A stretch of 64,000 bases of DNA from Cyanobacteriota bacterium (GCA_046045965.1 JBJOKS010000004.1:128001-192000); one strand, 5' to 3'; numbered from the stretch's first letter, positions 1 to 11,007 are shown. The notes: a model not told the origin generated them from the sequence alone. Numbers and translations: made by a program.

Positions 1-569
1 CGCCCAATTACCGGATCTAATTTTCCTGCTTTAGCTTGTTCTGTTAAATCTCTACCAAAACGCTTTAAAGCTGGTTCATTGATATCCGCAGATTCTTTTT
101 CTCCTGTTTTTGTAGAAACCCTTTGAGTCACGCGGACAGTTTTTACAGCAGTTTCTAACTTAGCAATATCAATATTTAAACCCTTAAATATCCGTCTACC
201 GATGCGTTCATCTTCCGCAAAAGCTAAGAAAACATGACCTTCCGAGATTTCGCCTTCCTTCATTCTCCCACGAATTTCTTCGGCTCGATCTAGCAATAAA
301 TCTAAATTGCGTCCCAAATAAAGCTGATCACTTTTAGCCACCTTGGGCTGACGTTTAGTATAAGCTTCTAACTGTTCTTGTAATCGAATAGGATCAATTT
401 CAGCACGAGCCAGAATACCTGTGGATATGCTACTAGATTCTTCTAAAAGAGCAAGAATTAAATGTTCTACTTCTAATTGTTGTTGTTGATAAGCACGGAC
501 TATATCCTGAGATTTAATAACAGCATCCCAGGTTGTATCAGTAAATTTATTTGGATCTGTAGGCTGCAT
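1..569 (-). CDS. clpB: ATP-dependent chaperone ClpB (5' part, runs off window start)
   Basis: Manual translation from ATG at 569: MQPTDPNKFTDTTWDAVIKSQDIVRAYQQQQLEVEHL... ending ...KAGKLDPVIG at the window edge; Clp N-domain and start of the first AAA module; absent from ORF track. Confidence 0.9.
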   Translation of the reverse strand, partial: MQPTDPNKFTDTTWDAVIKSQDIVRAYQQQQLEVEHLILALLEESSSISTGILARAEIDPIRLQEQLEAYTKRQPKVAKSDQLYLGRNLDLLLDRAEEIRGRMKEGEISEGHVFLAFAEDERIGRRIFKGLNIDIAKLETAVKTVRVTQRVSTKTGEKESADINEPALKRFGRDLTEQAKAGKLDPVIG

Positions 570-689
570 TTTTAAGATTTTAGTTTTTAGATTTTATAAG
601 ATTGACGATTTTAGGTTATAAATTGGTGATTGGGAAAGAATAACAGGTTTACCAGCAAAACGGAGACAAATCACAGGGATAATGGTTAT

Positions 690-711
690 GGTGGGACAAT
701 GCCCACCCTAC
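690..711 (-). repeat. GTAG-type REP-like palindrome
   Basis: GGTGGGACAATGCCCACC hairpin followed by CTAC (GTAG on minus strand). Confidence 0.55.
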
Positions 712-738
712 TCCAAGATAAGATACTTCAGACTAGAA

Positions 739-1173
739 TTACTGACTTACAAGTTGTGCTGGGGATTTTTCTGCTGATGTTGTACCGTGAGTAGCCAATT
801 GAATCAATTCAACTTTATAGCCATCGGGATCTTCAACGAAAGCGATCACCGTTGAACCGTGTTTCATTGGACCAGGTTCGCGGACTACCTTACCCCCACG
901 GTTTCTAATTTCCTCACAGGTAGAGTAAATGTCATCTACTCCCAGTGCGATATGACCATAGGCTGTGCCTAAATCATACTTTTCTACGCCCCAGTTATAA
1001 GTTAATTCTAGCACCGTGTGGTCGCTTTCATCCCCATAACCTACAAAAGCCAGGGTAAATTCTCCACCTGGGTAATCTTTACGTCGGAGTAATTTCATTC
1101 CCAGGATATCACAGTAAAATTGCAAGGATTTTTCTAGGTTGCCTACCCGCAACATTGTGTGTAGTAATCGCAT
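739..1173 (-). CDS. gloA: Lactoylglutathione lyase (glyoxalase I)
   Basis: [11 protein letters not shown]...ELTYNWG...YGHIA...[16 protein letters not shown] at 1173 preferred. Confidence 0.95.
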   Translation of the reverse strand: MRLLHTMLRVGNLEKSLQFYCDILGMKLLRRKDYPGGEFTLAFVGYGDESDHTVLELTYNWGVEKYDLGTAYGHIALGVDDIYSTCEEIRNRGGKVVREPGPMKHGSTVIAFVEDPDGYKVELIQLATHGTTSAEKSPAQLVSQ

Positions 1174-1294
1174 ATTCACCATTTTATTGAACTATTATAT
1201 TTTATATCTCATCTATAGTAGGTTGGCATTAAAAATTGTCGTCATGAAAAGGCAAGAGGCAGGAGGCAGGAGGCAGGAGGTAAGAGGTTTTTAG

Positions 1295-2173
1295 CCCACA
1301 TTCCGCACTTCATAAAGTAGCATAATTAAACTACATTAATGGTCAATTAAAATTTATGATTTTAACAATTACCTATCAATGTAAAACACAATGATGGACA
1401 CAGGAAGTAGAGATTTAGAAGGTGTTTAAAAGCTATTTCAACAATAATATTAATTCAAGGTGTGGAATCAGTTATAAAGAAGATAACCGATGAAATCGTA
1501 AAAATAGAGAGAAAAACTAAGATAATAAATAATATTTTTGGCAAGTAGTAGGTAGGAATTGCAAGATATGACAATGCGACTCCGTTAAGTTAAGAATTCG
1601 TTGAAATCCTTGTGTCATCAAAAGATGAATCCCTTGAAAACATTGAAACATCCATCTTAATATGGGAGATTCTGTGGGTTTATTCATTTGATTTTTCACT
1701 GTGGCTTTTTGTGCTTTCAATGACATTCTTAATTGTCTTTGTCCTAAATTATAAACCAAAAGACATAATGCCATTAACATGATCATTGTCTCTACTCTTT
1801 CGTGATTTTTGAAAAACAGACTATCCGCGAAAAATAACCGGTCTTTGATAAATCTAAATCCTCTTTCTGTAGATTTTTGTTCTTTATATATTTTGAGGAT
1901 TTCTTCTGACTCTAACTCAATCGTATCCAAAATATTGGTGGCTAAAATAAATCTGCCACAAGAGTTTTGCTGTTGTGTAATTAACTCCTGATTTTCTCTT
2001 AATTTACATTTCACTCTATAAACTGTCGTTTTACCTTTGTTGGTTTCAGTAATTTCCTAATCTGATATTTGATGATATTTTAACTTAGCTGTTATTTCTT
2101 TGATTTTTCGTTTCAGTAAAGATTTATCTGTTGATACTTTATACGTACTACAAGTTGACGTGCGGAATGTGGG
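1295..2173 (-). mobile_element. Internally deleted IS1634-family element
   Basis: 18-bp terminal inverted repeats CCCACATTCCGCACTTCA (1295-1312) and TGACGTGCGGAATGTGGG (2156-2173), 17/18 match; only 879 bp, enclosing the 3' part of a transposase. Confidence 0.8.
1517..2110 (-). pseudogene. IS1634-family transposase C-terminal fragment
   Basis: GRFILATN...YKEQKSTERGFRFIKD...LLVYNLGQRQLR...PILRWMFQCFQGIH; in-frame TAG near 2057-2059 and missing N-terminal part. Confidence 0.8.
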
Positions 2174-2181
2174 TTATATGT

Positions 2182-2317
2182 CAATACTGTTCGGTTAAGA
2201 GTTTTCGTAGGTTGGGTTGAACAAAGTGAAACCCAACAAACCCTTGTAAATGTTGGGTTTCCTATCGTCAACCCAACCTACATCATTATATTTTTTGGGC
2301 TTAACCGAAAAGTATTG
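2182..2317 (+). mobile_element. 136-bp MITE (copy 1), 18-bp TIR, 10-bp TSD
   Basis: CAATACTGTTCGGTTAAG...CTTAACCGAAAAGTATTG flanked by duplicated GGTTATATGT (2172-2181, 2318-2327). Confidence 0.92.
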
Positions 2318-2426
2318 GGTTATATGTTGTACATTAACAATTTATTTGTCACTGTTAACAAATTAATTGTCCCTAGCTGTAGCGAACTGCAAACACCCCC
2401 ATCTCACAATGAAGGGGGTGAAAAGA

Positions 2427-5400
2427 TTAAGCCGTGAAATACTTCGCTACAGGGTGATAAGTAATAATCGCCGTAGTAGACTGTTCAGGATAAAGTTGCT
2501 CACTTTCATCCATATACATTTTCATCCTGTCAGTTCCCAACAACTCCAACTGCTTAAACTGATCCTGAATATTCGGACAAGCAGGATAGCCGAAACTATA
2601 CCGAGAACCTTGATAACGCTGCGCCAGTATATCCCGAATATTATCCGGTTCAGCATCACCAAAACCCAACTCACGGCGGATTCTAGCGTGTGTCCATTCT
2701 GCTAAAGCTTCCGCCACCTGCACCGCCATACCATGAAAATACAGATAATCAGTGTATTGATTATCAGCAAATAACTTTTGTCCAAATTCCGTTGCAACTT
2801 CCCCCACAGTCACCGCTTGCATGGGGAAAACATCAATTAATCCTAACTCTTTCGGTGCAAAGAAATCTGCAATACATAATCTCTTCGCAGAACGTTGACG
2901 GGGAAACTCAAAACTTGCAACCTGTTTTGATTGATTTTCCAGATCATATATATGTAGAGAATTTCCCTCAGACTGACAAGGAAAATACCCATAAATTACT
3001 TGAGGATGCAACAAATTTTCCTCAATAATGCGCTGTTTCCAACTTTCTAAAACTGGGTAAACCTTCTCAGCTAAAAATGCTTGATATTCCTCTTTAGATT
3101 GTTCCTTGGGTTTGCGGAATTGCCATTGTCCAGCAATTAAAGCTTGCAAATCCAAATACCAGAATAACTCCTCCAAAGAAATATCATCAGGTTGTAAAAA
3201 TTGCGTTCCCCAGAATGGTGGTTGGGGACGTTCAATATTTACCTCTACCGCTTCCGAACGACGTGTATCTATTTCTTTTGGTTCAGCAGGTACTTTATCT
3301 TTGACAGTATTATCTACTGTTTCTTTGTGTCCATTGGTTGACTCTTCAAATTCTCCTAATTCATCCAAAAATCCCTGCAAATCATCCCAATTACCTGCGG
3401 TTTTTGCTGGCATTAATTTATCCATGAAATGCAAATCAGAAAACGCATCTTTGCCATAAATAACCTTACCTTTGTAAGTACCTTGGCAATCTTGATTTAC
3501 AAATTTAGGAGTTAACGCTGCACCACCTAAAATTACAGGAACGGTAATTCCTTTTTCATTAAAAGTCTGTAAATTCTCCTTCATGAAAGCAGTAGATTTT
3601 ACTAACAAACCACTCATGGCAATACAATCAGGTTTATACTGTTCGTAAGCTTGAATGATGTTTTCTACTGATTGCTTAATTCCCAGATTAATCACCTTGT
3701 AACCATTGTTAGATAAGATGATATCTACCAAGTTTTTACCAATATCATGGACATCACCTTTCACCGTTGCAATGACAAAAGTTCCCTTAGCATTATTACC
3801 AGATTCTGATTTTTCCATGAACGGTTCTAAATAAGCAACCGCAGCTTTCATGGTTTCCGCAGATTGTAAAACAAAAGGTAATTGCATTTGTCCAGAACCG
3901 AACAATTCACCCACAACTTTCATCCCATCTAAGAGAAAAGTGTTGATGATTTCTAAAGGTGGATATTGTTCTAAAGCTTTGGTTAATTGTGTTTCTAAAC
4001 CAATACGTTCACCGTCGATAATATGACGTTTCAACCGTTCTTCAATTGGTAGACTTTCATCAACGCCTGTGTTACGTTTGGTTTTGACTCCTGCAAAAAT
4101 TGTTGTCAATTCTCCCAAAGGATCATAAACGCAGACATCACCATCAAATTTGCGTTCATCGTAAATTAACTGACGACAAACTTCTTGATGTTGAGGTTCA
4201 ATTTTAGCCAGTGGTAAAATTTTGCTCGCACTGACAATTGCTGCATCCATTCCTGCATTCATCGCTTCATGCAAAAACATCGAATTTAGAACCATCCGTG
4301 ATGCAGGGTTTAAACCAAAGGATATATTAGATACACCCAAAATTACATGACATCCCGGCAATTCTGCACGAATGCGGCGAATTGATTCTATTGTTGCTTT
4401 TCCATTTGCTCTATCTTCTTCAATTCCTGTAGAAATAGGCAAAGCCAATGTATCAAAAAATATTTCTGTGGGAGGAATACCATATTCTACAGCTTGACGG
4501 TAAGCACGCTGGGCAATTTGAAACTTTTTCTCTGCTGTCCGCGCCATGCCATCTTCGTCAATTGTACCAATAATGACACCAGCACCGTATTTTTTAGCTA
4601 ATTCTAACACCTTCAAAAATCTGGGTTCACCATCTTCGTAGTTGGTAGAATTGAGTAAACACTTGCCACCAGCAACTTTTAACCCCGCTTCCATTTTTTC
4701 CCATTCGGTGGAATCGAGCATTAAAGGTAATGTGACATTATTAACAATGCGAGAAACTAACTCGTGCATATCACGCACGCCATCACGTCCCACATAGTCA
4801 ACGTTAACATCTAAAATGTGTGCGCCTTCTTTTACCTGACTTCTGGCCATCGACACCAAACCATCCCAGTCTTCTGAGTTCAGTAAGTCACGGCATTTTT
4901 TAGAACCACTGGCGTTAAGACGTTCCCCAACAATCAAGAAAGAGTTATCCTGATCGTAAGGTTGAGTAGTATAAATTGACGCTGCTGCTGGTTCTAAACT
5001 GGGTTGTCGAACCTTCGGTTTTAATTCTTTGGCAATTTCCGCTAACTGTTGAATATGTTCAGGTCTTGTCCCACAGCAACCCCCAATCACTTGGACACCC
5101 AAATCTTCGATAAAGTGCATTAAAGACATCCGTAATTCCAACGGTGTTAATCTGTAATGTGCTTGACCACCAACGTTTTCCGGTAAACCCGCATTAGGAA
5201 TACAGGAAACTACGAAGGGCGAATGTTCTGATAAATACTTGATGTGTGGTTTCATCAAGTCTGGACCTGTGGCGCAGTTCAAACCGAGAATATCAATGGG
5301 ATATGGTGCTAAAATTGTGAGAACGGCTGATATTTCCGTACCTACCAACATTGTCCCCATGCTTTCCATCGTTACGGAAACCATTAACGGTCTTCTTTCT

Positions 5401-5957
5401 CCTTTTTTGGCAAAAACTTCCTCAATTCCATTTAATGCTGCTTTAATTTGCAGCACATCTTGGCAAGTTTCCACGAGAAATAAATCCACACCACCATCAA
5501 ATAAAGCTTCTGCTTGTTCAGCAAAAGAGGCTTTCATGGTATCAAAGTCAATATGTCCCAAGGTGGGGAGTTTAGTTGTAGGACCAATAGAACCGGCGAC
5601 AAAGCGGGGTTTTTCTGGGGTAGAAAATTCCGCAGCGACGCTTTTGGCGAGTTCGGCAGCTTTCCTGGTGAGATAATAAGCTTGGTCTGCTAAGTCATAT
5701 TCTGCTAAAACTATGGACATAGCGCCAAAGGTATCAGTTTCAATGACATCAGCACCCGCAGCTAGAAAGTCACGGTGAACTTTGGCGACTGCTTCCGGGT
5801 TACTATGGACTAAGTATTCGTTACAACCTTCATACTGTGCGCCGCCAAAGTCTTCTGCTGTCAGGTTTTGGGTTTGCAGGTTAGTTCCCATCGCACCGTC
5901 AAAGACGATAACAGGACGTTTTGGACTATGTAAGTGTTCTAGGAAGGAATGTGCCAT
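2427..5957 (-). CDS. metH: Cobalamin-dependent methionine synthase
   Basis: [26 protein letters not shown]12-binding motif, [13 protein letters not shown] at 5957 preferred over the longer ORF start. Confidence 0.97.
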   Translation of the reverse strand: MAHSFLEHLHSPKRPVIVFDGAMGTNLQTQNLTAEDFGGAQYEGCNEYLVHSNPEAVAKVHRDFLAAGADVIETDTFGAMSIVLAEYDLADQAYYLTRKAAELAKSVAAEFSTPEKPRFVAGSIGPTTKLPTLGHIDFDTMKASFAEQAEALFDGGVDLFLVETCQDVLQIKAALNGIEEVFAKKGERRPLMVSVTMESMGTMLVGTEISAVLTILAPYPIDILGLNCATGPDLMKPHIKYLSEHSPFVVSCIPNAGLPENVGGQAHYRLTPLELRMSLMHFIEDLGVQVIGGCCGTRPEHIQQLAEIAKELKPKVRQPSLEPAAASIYTTQPYDQDNSFLIVGERLNASGSKKCRDLLNSEDWDGLVSMARSQVKEGAHILDVNVDYVGRDGVRDMHELVSRIVNNVTLPLMLDSTEWEKMEAGLKVAGGKCLLNSTNYEDGEPRFLKVLELAKKYGAGVIIGTIDEDGMARTAEKKFQIAQRAYRQAVEYGIPPTEIFFDTLALPISTGIEEDRANGKATIESIRRIRAELPGCHVILGVSNISFGLNPASRMVLNSMFLHEAMNAGMDAAIVSASKILPLAKIEPQHQEVCRQLIYDERKFDGDVCVYDPLGELTTIFAGVKTKRNTGVDESLPIEERLKRHIIDGERIGLETQLTKALEQYPPLEIINTFLLDGMKVVGELFGSGQMQLPFVLQSAETMKAAVAYLEPFMEKSESGNNAKGTFVIATVKGDVHDIGKNLVDIILSNNGYKVINLGIKQSVENIIQAYEQYKPDCIAMSGLLVKSTAFMKENLQTFNEKGITVPVILGGAALTPKFVNQDCQGTYKGKVIYGKDAFSDLHFMDKLMPAKTAGNWDDLQGFLDELGEFEESTNGHKETVDNTVKDKVPAEPKEIDTRRSEAVEVNIERPQPPFWGTQFLQPDDISLEELFWYLDLQALIAGQWQFRKPKEQSKEEYQAFLAEKVYPVLESWKQRIIEENLLHPQVIYGYFPCQSEGNSLHIYDLENQSKQVASFEFPRQRSAKRLCIADFFAPKELGLIDVFPMQAVTVGEVATEFGQKLFADNQYTDYLYFHGMAVQVAEALAEWTHARIRRELGFGDAEPDNIRDILAQRYQGSRYSFGYPACPNIQDQFKQLELLGTDRMKMYMDESEQLYPEQSTTAIITYHPVAKYFTA

Positions 5958-6138
5958 CTTTTGTTCAAAAAATTGCGTGTAGTCTGATGATATGCGACCT
6001 AATTTACTATTTTCCAAGATTTTGATAGTTTAGACAGGTTTTCCAGAAAACAATGTGTTAAAAAGTAAAGAACAAGGTTTCATCGGCTTGCACACAGATG
6101 TATTCATGAGTTTATTAAACATCAATATTAAATAGATT

Positions 6139-7044
6139 ATGAGATTTAGAGATTGGGCAACTAGAGTAATGCTAATTTTTGTCATGCTGGTAGCTCTGAC
6201 TTTAGCCCTTTTTATTGGTAGTTCCAGAAAAATTCAACACAATATCAGCACATCAAACCTAGATCCTACAGTATGGGGTCAATATCCACAAACTTTATTG
6301 CAGTCAGACCAAAAAATAGAGTCAAGTCCATCGAGTTTACCTAAATTATCTAAATTACCGACAATACCTAAATTACCTAAATCTCCTGTACAAACAAAGC
6401 AAGCTATTACCAGATATTCTACTACTGCTGCTTTTGCTCAGTATAAGCCTAATTTAGCTGCGGCTAATGTTAACCCTAGTAACTACGGTGAAAGATATAG
6501 CAAAGATGTTAATGGTGTTATTGTAAATAATCAACCGATTATCGTTCTTCATGAAACTACTAATTCTGCTTCTAGTGCAGTTAATTTTTTTCAAACTAAT
6601 AATGTTGATGAAAATGTCCAAGCCAGTTATCATACTTTAATTACTCTCGATGGTACTGTAATTTATTTAGTTCCACCTGATAAACGCGCTTTTGGTGCTA
6701 GTAATTCAGTTTTTAACGGTGCTAATGGTGCGGAAACTGTGCAGACAAATCCTAATTTACCTCCTTCTGTAAATAATTTTGCTTATCATGTTTCTTTAGA
6801 AACTCCTCCTGAAGCTTGGGGTAAACGTAATATCAAGGAACATACAGGATATACGGAAGCTCAATATAATTCTTTAGCTTGGTTAATTGCTCAAAGTCAA
6901 GTTCCTGATCAAAGAATTACTACCCATCGTGATGTAGATGTTGCTAATGGAAAAGTTGATCCGTTAAGTTTTGATTTTGATCGGTTTTTTAATAAGTTGC
7001 ATTCTTTTCGGGAGTTGAAAACTTTTAATAATGCGAAAAATTAA
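6139..7044 (+). CDS. N-acetylmuramoyl-L-alanine amidase (Amidase_2 type) with N-terminal membrane anchor
   Basis: IIVLHET, ASYH, RAFGA, HVSLET, ITTHRDV...KVDP motifs. Confidence 0.8.
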   Translation: MRFRDWATRVMLIFVMLVALTLALFIGSSRKIQHNISTSNLDPTVWGQYPQTLLQSDQKIESSPSSLPKLSKLPTIPKLPKSPVQTKQAITRYSTTAAFAQYKPNLAAANVNPSNYGERYSKDVNGVIVNNQPIIVLHETTNSASSAVNFFQTNNVDENVQASYHTLITLDGTVIYLVPPDKRAFGASNSVFNGANGAETVQTNPNLPPSVNNFAYHVSLETPPEAWGKRNIKEHTGYTEAQYNSLAWLIAQSQVPDQRITTHRDVDVANGKVDPLSFDFDRFFNKLHSFRELKTFNNAKN

Positions 7045-7105
7045 ACAAATAGCTCTAGCTTTGTAAAACCAGAGCTATGATCAATTTATTGAACTTCCCA
7101 AACTT

Positions 7106-8779
7106 CTACTTACTAAAACTATAAATCTGTTGTGTCTCCAAGCGATCGCTCAATGACGAAGGTGCTACATCAGCACTCAATACCTGCCGATCTAACTTTA
7201 CCTGCAAATTAGTCAGAGGATCACTACCAGCAGAAATGAGAAATTCCAGCTTCTGCACATAAGTCAAAGCTAGTAAATTATCCAAAATTTGACCAATTGC
7301 TTGTAGGTAAGGATGACCTTTCTGTTGATACCAGTTAGCATCAGCAATATTTGCCTGGTCAAAACCCAAATGAACAGTTAATGATGGTTGATCAAATAAC
7401 GCAATTCCTAAAGGTCGTGCTTCTTCCTGTAACAGTAAATGATTATTTTTTGCTAAATGCCGTAATTTTTCTAAACGTTCATAACGTGTTGTCACCAATT
7501 CCGGTTCATCTTCCCAGTGTAATGCTACTGTCACCAGATAAGTTTGTAACAACATATGTCCTAACTTTTTGGCTTTCGTAGCGAGGTAATAAGAGTTGTA
7601 ATCATTTGACTCTATCAACAAAGGTACACGATCTACAACTTCCAAACCATAACCCTTAACACCAGCAATTTTACGGGGATTATTAGTAATGAGACGAATT
7701 TTTTTAACACCTAAATCCATAAGCATTTGCGCCCCCATACCATAATCTCGCAAATCCGCAGGAAAACCCAAACGTTCATTTGCTTCCACCGTGTCAAGTC
7801 CCATATCCTGCAACGAGTAGGCTTTTAGCTTGTTGATCAAACCTATACCCCGTCCTTCTTGACGCAGGTAAACAACGACACCTTGACCAGCATTTTCAAT
7901 CATTTTCAATGCGGCCTTTAACTGCATTCGACAATCACAGCGTAAAGAACCCAAAGCGTCACCAGTCAAACATTCCGAGTGCATCCGCACCATTACAGGT
8001 TCATCACTGAAATTTGCGGGATCGCCCTTGACAATGGCTACGTGTTCAGTATTATCTAAGGTGTGGCGGTAGCCGTAAATATCAAATTGTCCAAATTGAC
8101 TGGGTAATTTAGTGACGATTTCTCGATAGATTAAGCGATCATTTTGCAGACGGTAACTAATTAAATCCGCAATACTAATAATTTTTAGTTTATGGACCTT
8201 GGCATATTCGACTAGCTGCTGTAAGCGTGCCATTGAACCATCAGGATTTTGAATTTCACAAATTACCCCAGCGGGGTATAATCCTGCTAGTCGCGCTAAA
8301 TCTACAGCCGCTTCTGTATGTCCTGCCCGTTTTAACACACCGCCAGCTTTAGCCCGAATTGGGAAAATATGTCCAGGTCGTCGTAACTCTTCCGGTTTTG
8401 TGGCTGGGTTGAGAGTGACTTGGATAGTACGAGCGCGGTCTTCTGCTGAGATACCTGTGCTTACACCCAAATGTGGACCAGCGTCAATGCTGACAGTGAA
8501 AGCAGTTTGGTTAGTATCTGTGATGTTACTCACCATTAATGGTAAGTCTAGTTCATCCAGGCGATCGCCCGTCATGGCTAGACAAATCAAACCTCTGGCT
8601 TCCACCGCCATAAAATTAATCATATCAGGGGTGGCAAATTGGGCGGCACAAATTAAATCCCCTTCATTTTCTCGGTTTTCATCATCCACCACCACGATGA
8701 CACGACCCGCTTTGAGGTCGGCTAAAGCGGCATCAATAGTATCAAATTCAAAGGCTTGGCTATTATTAGGCTGTGACAC
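7106..8779 (-). CDS. ribBA: Bifunctional DHBP synthase / GTP cyclohydrolase II
   Basis: VVDDENRENEGD, RAGHTEA, RMHSECLTGD...RCDC, ITNNPRK. Confidence 0.96.
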   Translation of the reverse strand: MSQPNNSQAFEFDTIDAALADLKAGRVIVVVDDENRENEGDLICAAQFATPDMINFMAVEARGLICLAMTGDRLDELDLPLMVSNITDTNQTAFTVSIDAGPHLGVSTGISAEDRARTIQVTLNPATKPEELRRPGHIFPIRAKAGGVLKRAGHTEAAVDLARLAGLYPAGVICEIQNPDGSMARLQQLVEYAKVHKLKIISIADLISYRLQNDRLIYREIVTKLPSQFGQFDIYGYRHTLDNTEHVAIVKGDPANFSDEPVMVRMHSECLTGDALGSLRCDCRMQLKAALKMIENAGQGVVVYLRQEGRGIGLINKLKAYSLQDMGLDTVEANERLGFPADLRDYGMGAQMLMDLGVKKIRLITNNPRKIAGVKGYGLEVVDRVPLLIESNDYNSYYLATKAKKLGHMLLQTYLVTVALHWEDEPELVTTRYERLEKLRHLAKNNHLLLQEEARPLGIALFDQPSLTVHLGFDQANIADANWYQQKGHPYLQAIGQILDNLLALTYVQKLEFLISAGSDPLTNLQVKLDRQVLSADVAPSSLSDRLETQQIYSFSK

Positions 8780-8887
8780 AGAAAATTTCCAGCTACCAAC
8801 GTAAATTTTTTTAACAATTTCTTATTTTAGATTGTAGCCTGTTTATCGGAACTAGAGATTACCGGAGATAGCTAATGTATCTTTTGC

Positions 8888-8916
8888 TTGACAAGCAATT
8901 AGTTCATATATACTAT
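8888..8916 (+). promoter_or_regulatory. Putative sigma70-type promoter of the methyltransferase
   Basis: TTGACA-N17-TACTAT, 36 bp before the ATG at 8953. Confidence 0.6.
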
Positions 8917-8952
8917 TAAGTGTATAAATATAATATACATGAGCATTAAGCT

Positions 8953-9947
8953 ATGGATTGTTCTAAAATAGTCAAATTGTTAGGTAAACCTTACTTTCAA
9001 ACATCTAACTGCTTTATTTACAATTTAGATTGTTTAGAAGCAATGGCAATGTTACCAGATGAATTTATCAATCTGACGGTAACAAGTCCGCCTTATAATA
9101 TTGGTAAAGAATATGAAAATTTATTACCATTAGATGATTATATAACATGGTGTGAAAAGTGGATTACAGAAGTTTATCGTCTTACCTCATCTGATGGGGC
9201 ATTTTGGTTAAATCTAGGTTATTTATCCATTAAAAATCGTGCTAAAGCCATTCCTATTTCTTATTTACTCTGGGATAAAATACCTTTTTATTTAATTCAA
9301 GAAATTGTTTGGAATTATGGCCCGGGAGTTGCTGGAAGTAAGTTTTTTTCACCTAGAAACGAGAAGTTTTTATGGTATGTGAAAAATTCAGAAGCTTATA
9401 CTTTTAATCTTGATGATATTCGTGATCCTAATGTCAAATATCCCAATCAAAAAAAGAATGGTAAAATTAAAGTGAATCCTTTAGGGAAAAATCCTACAGA
9501 TGTTTGGGAATTTCCCAAAGTCACTTCTGGTAAAAACCGATCCAATACTTTTCGGTTAAGCCCAAAAAATATAATGATGTAGGTTGGGTTGACGATAGGA
9601 AACCCAACATTTACAAGGGTTTGTTGGGTTTCACTTTGTTCAACCCAACCTACGAAAACTCTTAACCAAACAGTATTGAAAACCGATCTTCCCAAGAAAG
9701 AACACCTCACCCAGCACAGTTTCCCTCTGCTGTAATTGAAAGAATTATTAAAGCATCTTCAAATCAAAATCAAATAGTTTTAGATCCATTCTTGGGATCA
9801 GGTACTACTGCGATGGTAGCTTTAGATTTAAATCGTCTGGTAATTGGGTTTGAAATTCGTCAAGATTATTGTGATATTGCTGCTAATAGAATTGATAATT
9901 TTCTGAGTGAGAAAAATAGTAGAGTTAAACAGCTATCACTAATTTGA
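8953..9947 (+). pseudogene. Beta-class N4-cytosine DNA methyltransferase (M.ScaI-like), interrupted by MITE
   Basis: TSPPY motif IV. Removing the MITE plus one TSD restores ...GKNRSSQERTPHPAQFP...VLDPFLGSGTT...GFEI...QLSLI* (motif I), stop TGA 9945-9947. Confidence 0.9.
9543..9678 (-). mobile_element. 136-bp MITE (copy 2) inserted in the methyltransferase
   Basis: Reverse complement differs from copy 1 at one base; TSD AAAACCGATC at 9533-9542 and 9679-9688. Confidence 0.93.
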
Positions 9948-10562
9948 TAAAGGTAACTCAAGCAATTTATAGCGTTTTACATCTACACTTAATTTTGCTT
10001 GTTGTCCAGTTGCAGATATTTGTCCCTGCCAGTCTTCTTGATCTATCCAGCCAAAACGCACAAGTTTTATTTTGGGATTAGTCAATAATAGATTATCAGT
10101 TTGTTTTGTTTTCTTTTCTATCTTTTCAAAGTTAATGATGAGATAGTATCCTGATTTAATTTTCTTGGTTTTACCAGTAGTGCTTTTTTGAGCATAACTT
10201 CTATTACCAAAAAAATCACGAGGACTAGAAGATGTTTTAATTTCAATAGAAAAACTGTCATCTGGGATATAAACTAAATCCTTTTCTGTAGTATTTTGTT
10301 CTCTTCTCCATACCTGGGGATATCTACTAGATAATTCTAAAGGAATCAGTTCATGTAACAGTGAACCTATAATTTGTGGACTCGGAAATATATCCTTTCC
10401 TATTTTATATCCGCGACTGGTAATACTAGATGCAAATATTTACTCCCATACGCTAATGACAATTTCATATATTTCATTAACATCTAGAGGATGTTGTTCT
10501 ATAAGTTCTTTGGTTTTATCTGCCCACTTTTCAACGGGAATACCAGAATAAGGAGATACCAT
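9939..10562 (-). pseudogene. ScaI-family type II restriction endonuclease with nonsense mutation
   Basis: Manual translation MVSPYSGIPVEKWADKTKELIEQHPL...ISVWE*IFASS...LLHELIPLE...KDLVYIPDDSFSIEIKTSS...FGNRSYAQ...SGYYLIINFEK...RFGWIDQEDWQGQISATGQQAKL; 208 codons with one TAA at codon 41 (10440-10442). Confidence 0.85.
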
Positions 10563-10565
10563 TTT

Positions 10566-10787
10566 TTAATCTAAACCTTTTAATAACTCACTGGGTGACA
10601 TTCCCAGAGCCTGAGCAATACGAATAATATTTAACAAAGCAATATTCCTTTCACCACGTTCTACACCACCGATGTAGTTGCGATGTAGTCCTGACAATTC
10701 TGCTAACTGTTCCTGTGAAAGACCTTGTAATTTTCTAATGGTGCGAATGTGTTCACCAAATTTTTGAAGTTGAGAATTTTCTGTCAC
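10566..10787 (-). CDS. XRE-family HTH controller (C) protein of the R-M system
   Basis: LSQEQLAELSGLHRNYIGGVERGERNIALLNIIRIAQAL; lies 3 bp upstream of the endonuclease on the same strand. Confidence 0.88.
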   Translation of the reverse strand: MTENSQLQKFGEHIRTIRKLQGLSQEQLAELSGLHRNYIGGVERGERNIALLNIIRIAQALGMSPSELLKGLD

Positions 10788-10810
10788 ATAAAAAACATAA
10801 TCTTGACTGG

Positions 10811-10838
10811 GATTTCTTTTCTACACACTATGAGTGTG
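10811..10838 (-). promoter_or_regulatory. Putative C-box operator
   Basis: Minus strand CACACTCATAGTG-TGTA-GAAAAGAAATC, about 25 bp upstream of the C gene; same layout as the C.PvuII box GACTCATAGTC-TGTA-GACTCAAAGTC. Confidence 0.65.
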
Positions 10839-11007
10839 ATTTCTGTTAAAATATTTCCCAGATATGAATTGATATGTACGCTAAAAGGGGATCTTTGCTA
10901 TACAATGCAGCGAAAGTTCAATAAAAATAAGTTGTCATCAATTAGCTAATAGCTTGATTGATGATAGCTAAGAACGAATTAACAAAAGCGGATAAGGATT
11001 TCATATC

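Noticed and set aside
1212..2382. A third, outer MITE enclosing the IS1634 remnant
   Set aside because: Outer ends match only weakly (CTATAG-TAGG versus CCTAG-CTGTAG) and no TSD could be defined
2367..5982. Plus-strand ORFs overlapping metH (and similar antisense ORFs over ribBA, eno, ycf48, ispG, pilQ)
   Set aside because: Antisense shadows of well-supported genes
5958..6138. Cobalamin riboswitch upstream of metH
   Set aside because: No B12-box-like motif recognised in the short divergent spacer
9447..9710. 87-aa minus-strand ORF over the methyltransferase break
   Set aside because: It is the MITE plus antisense methylase sequence, not a gene
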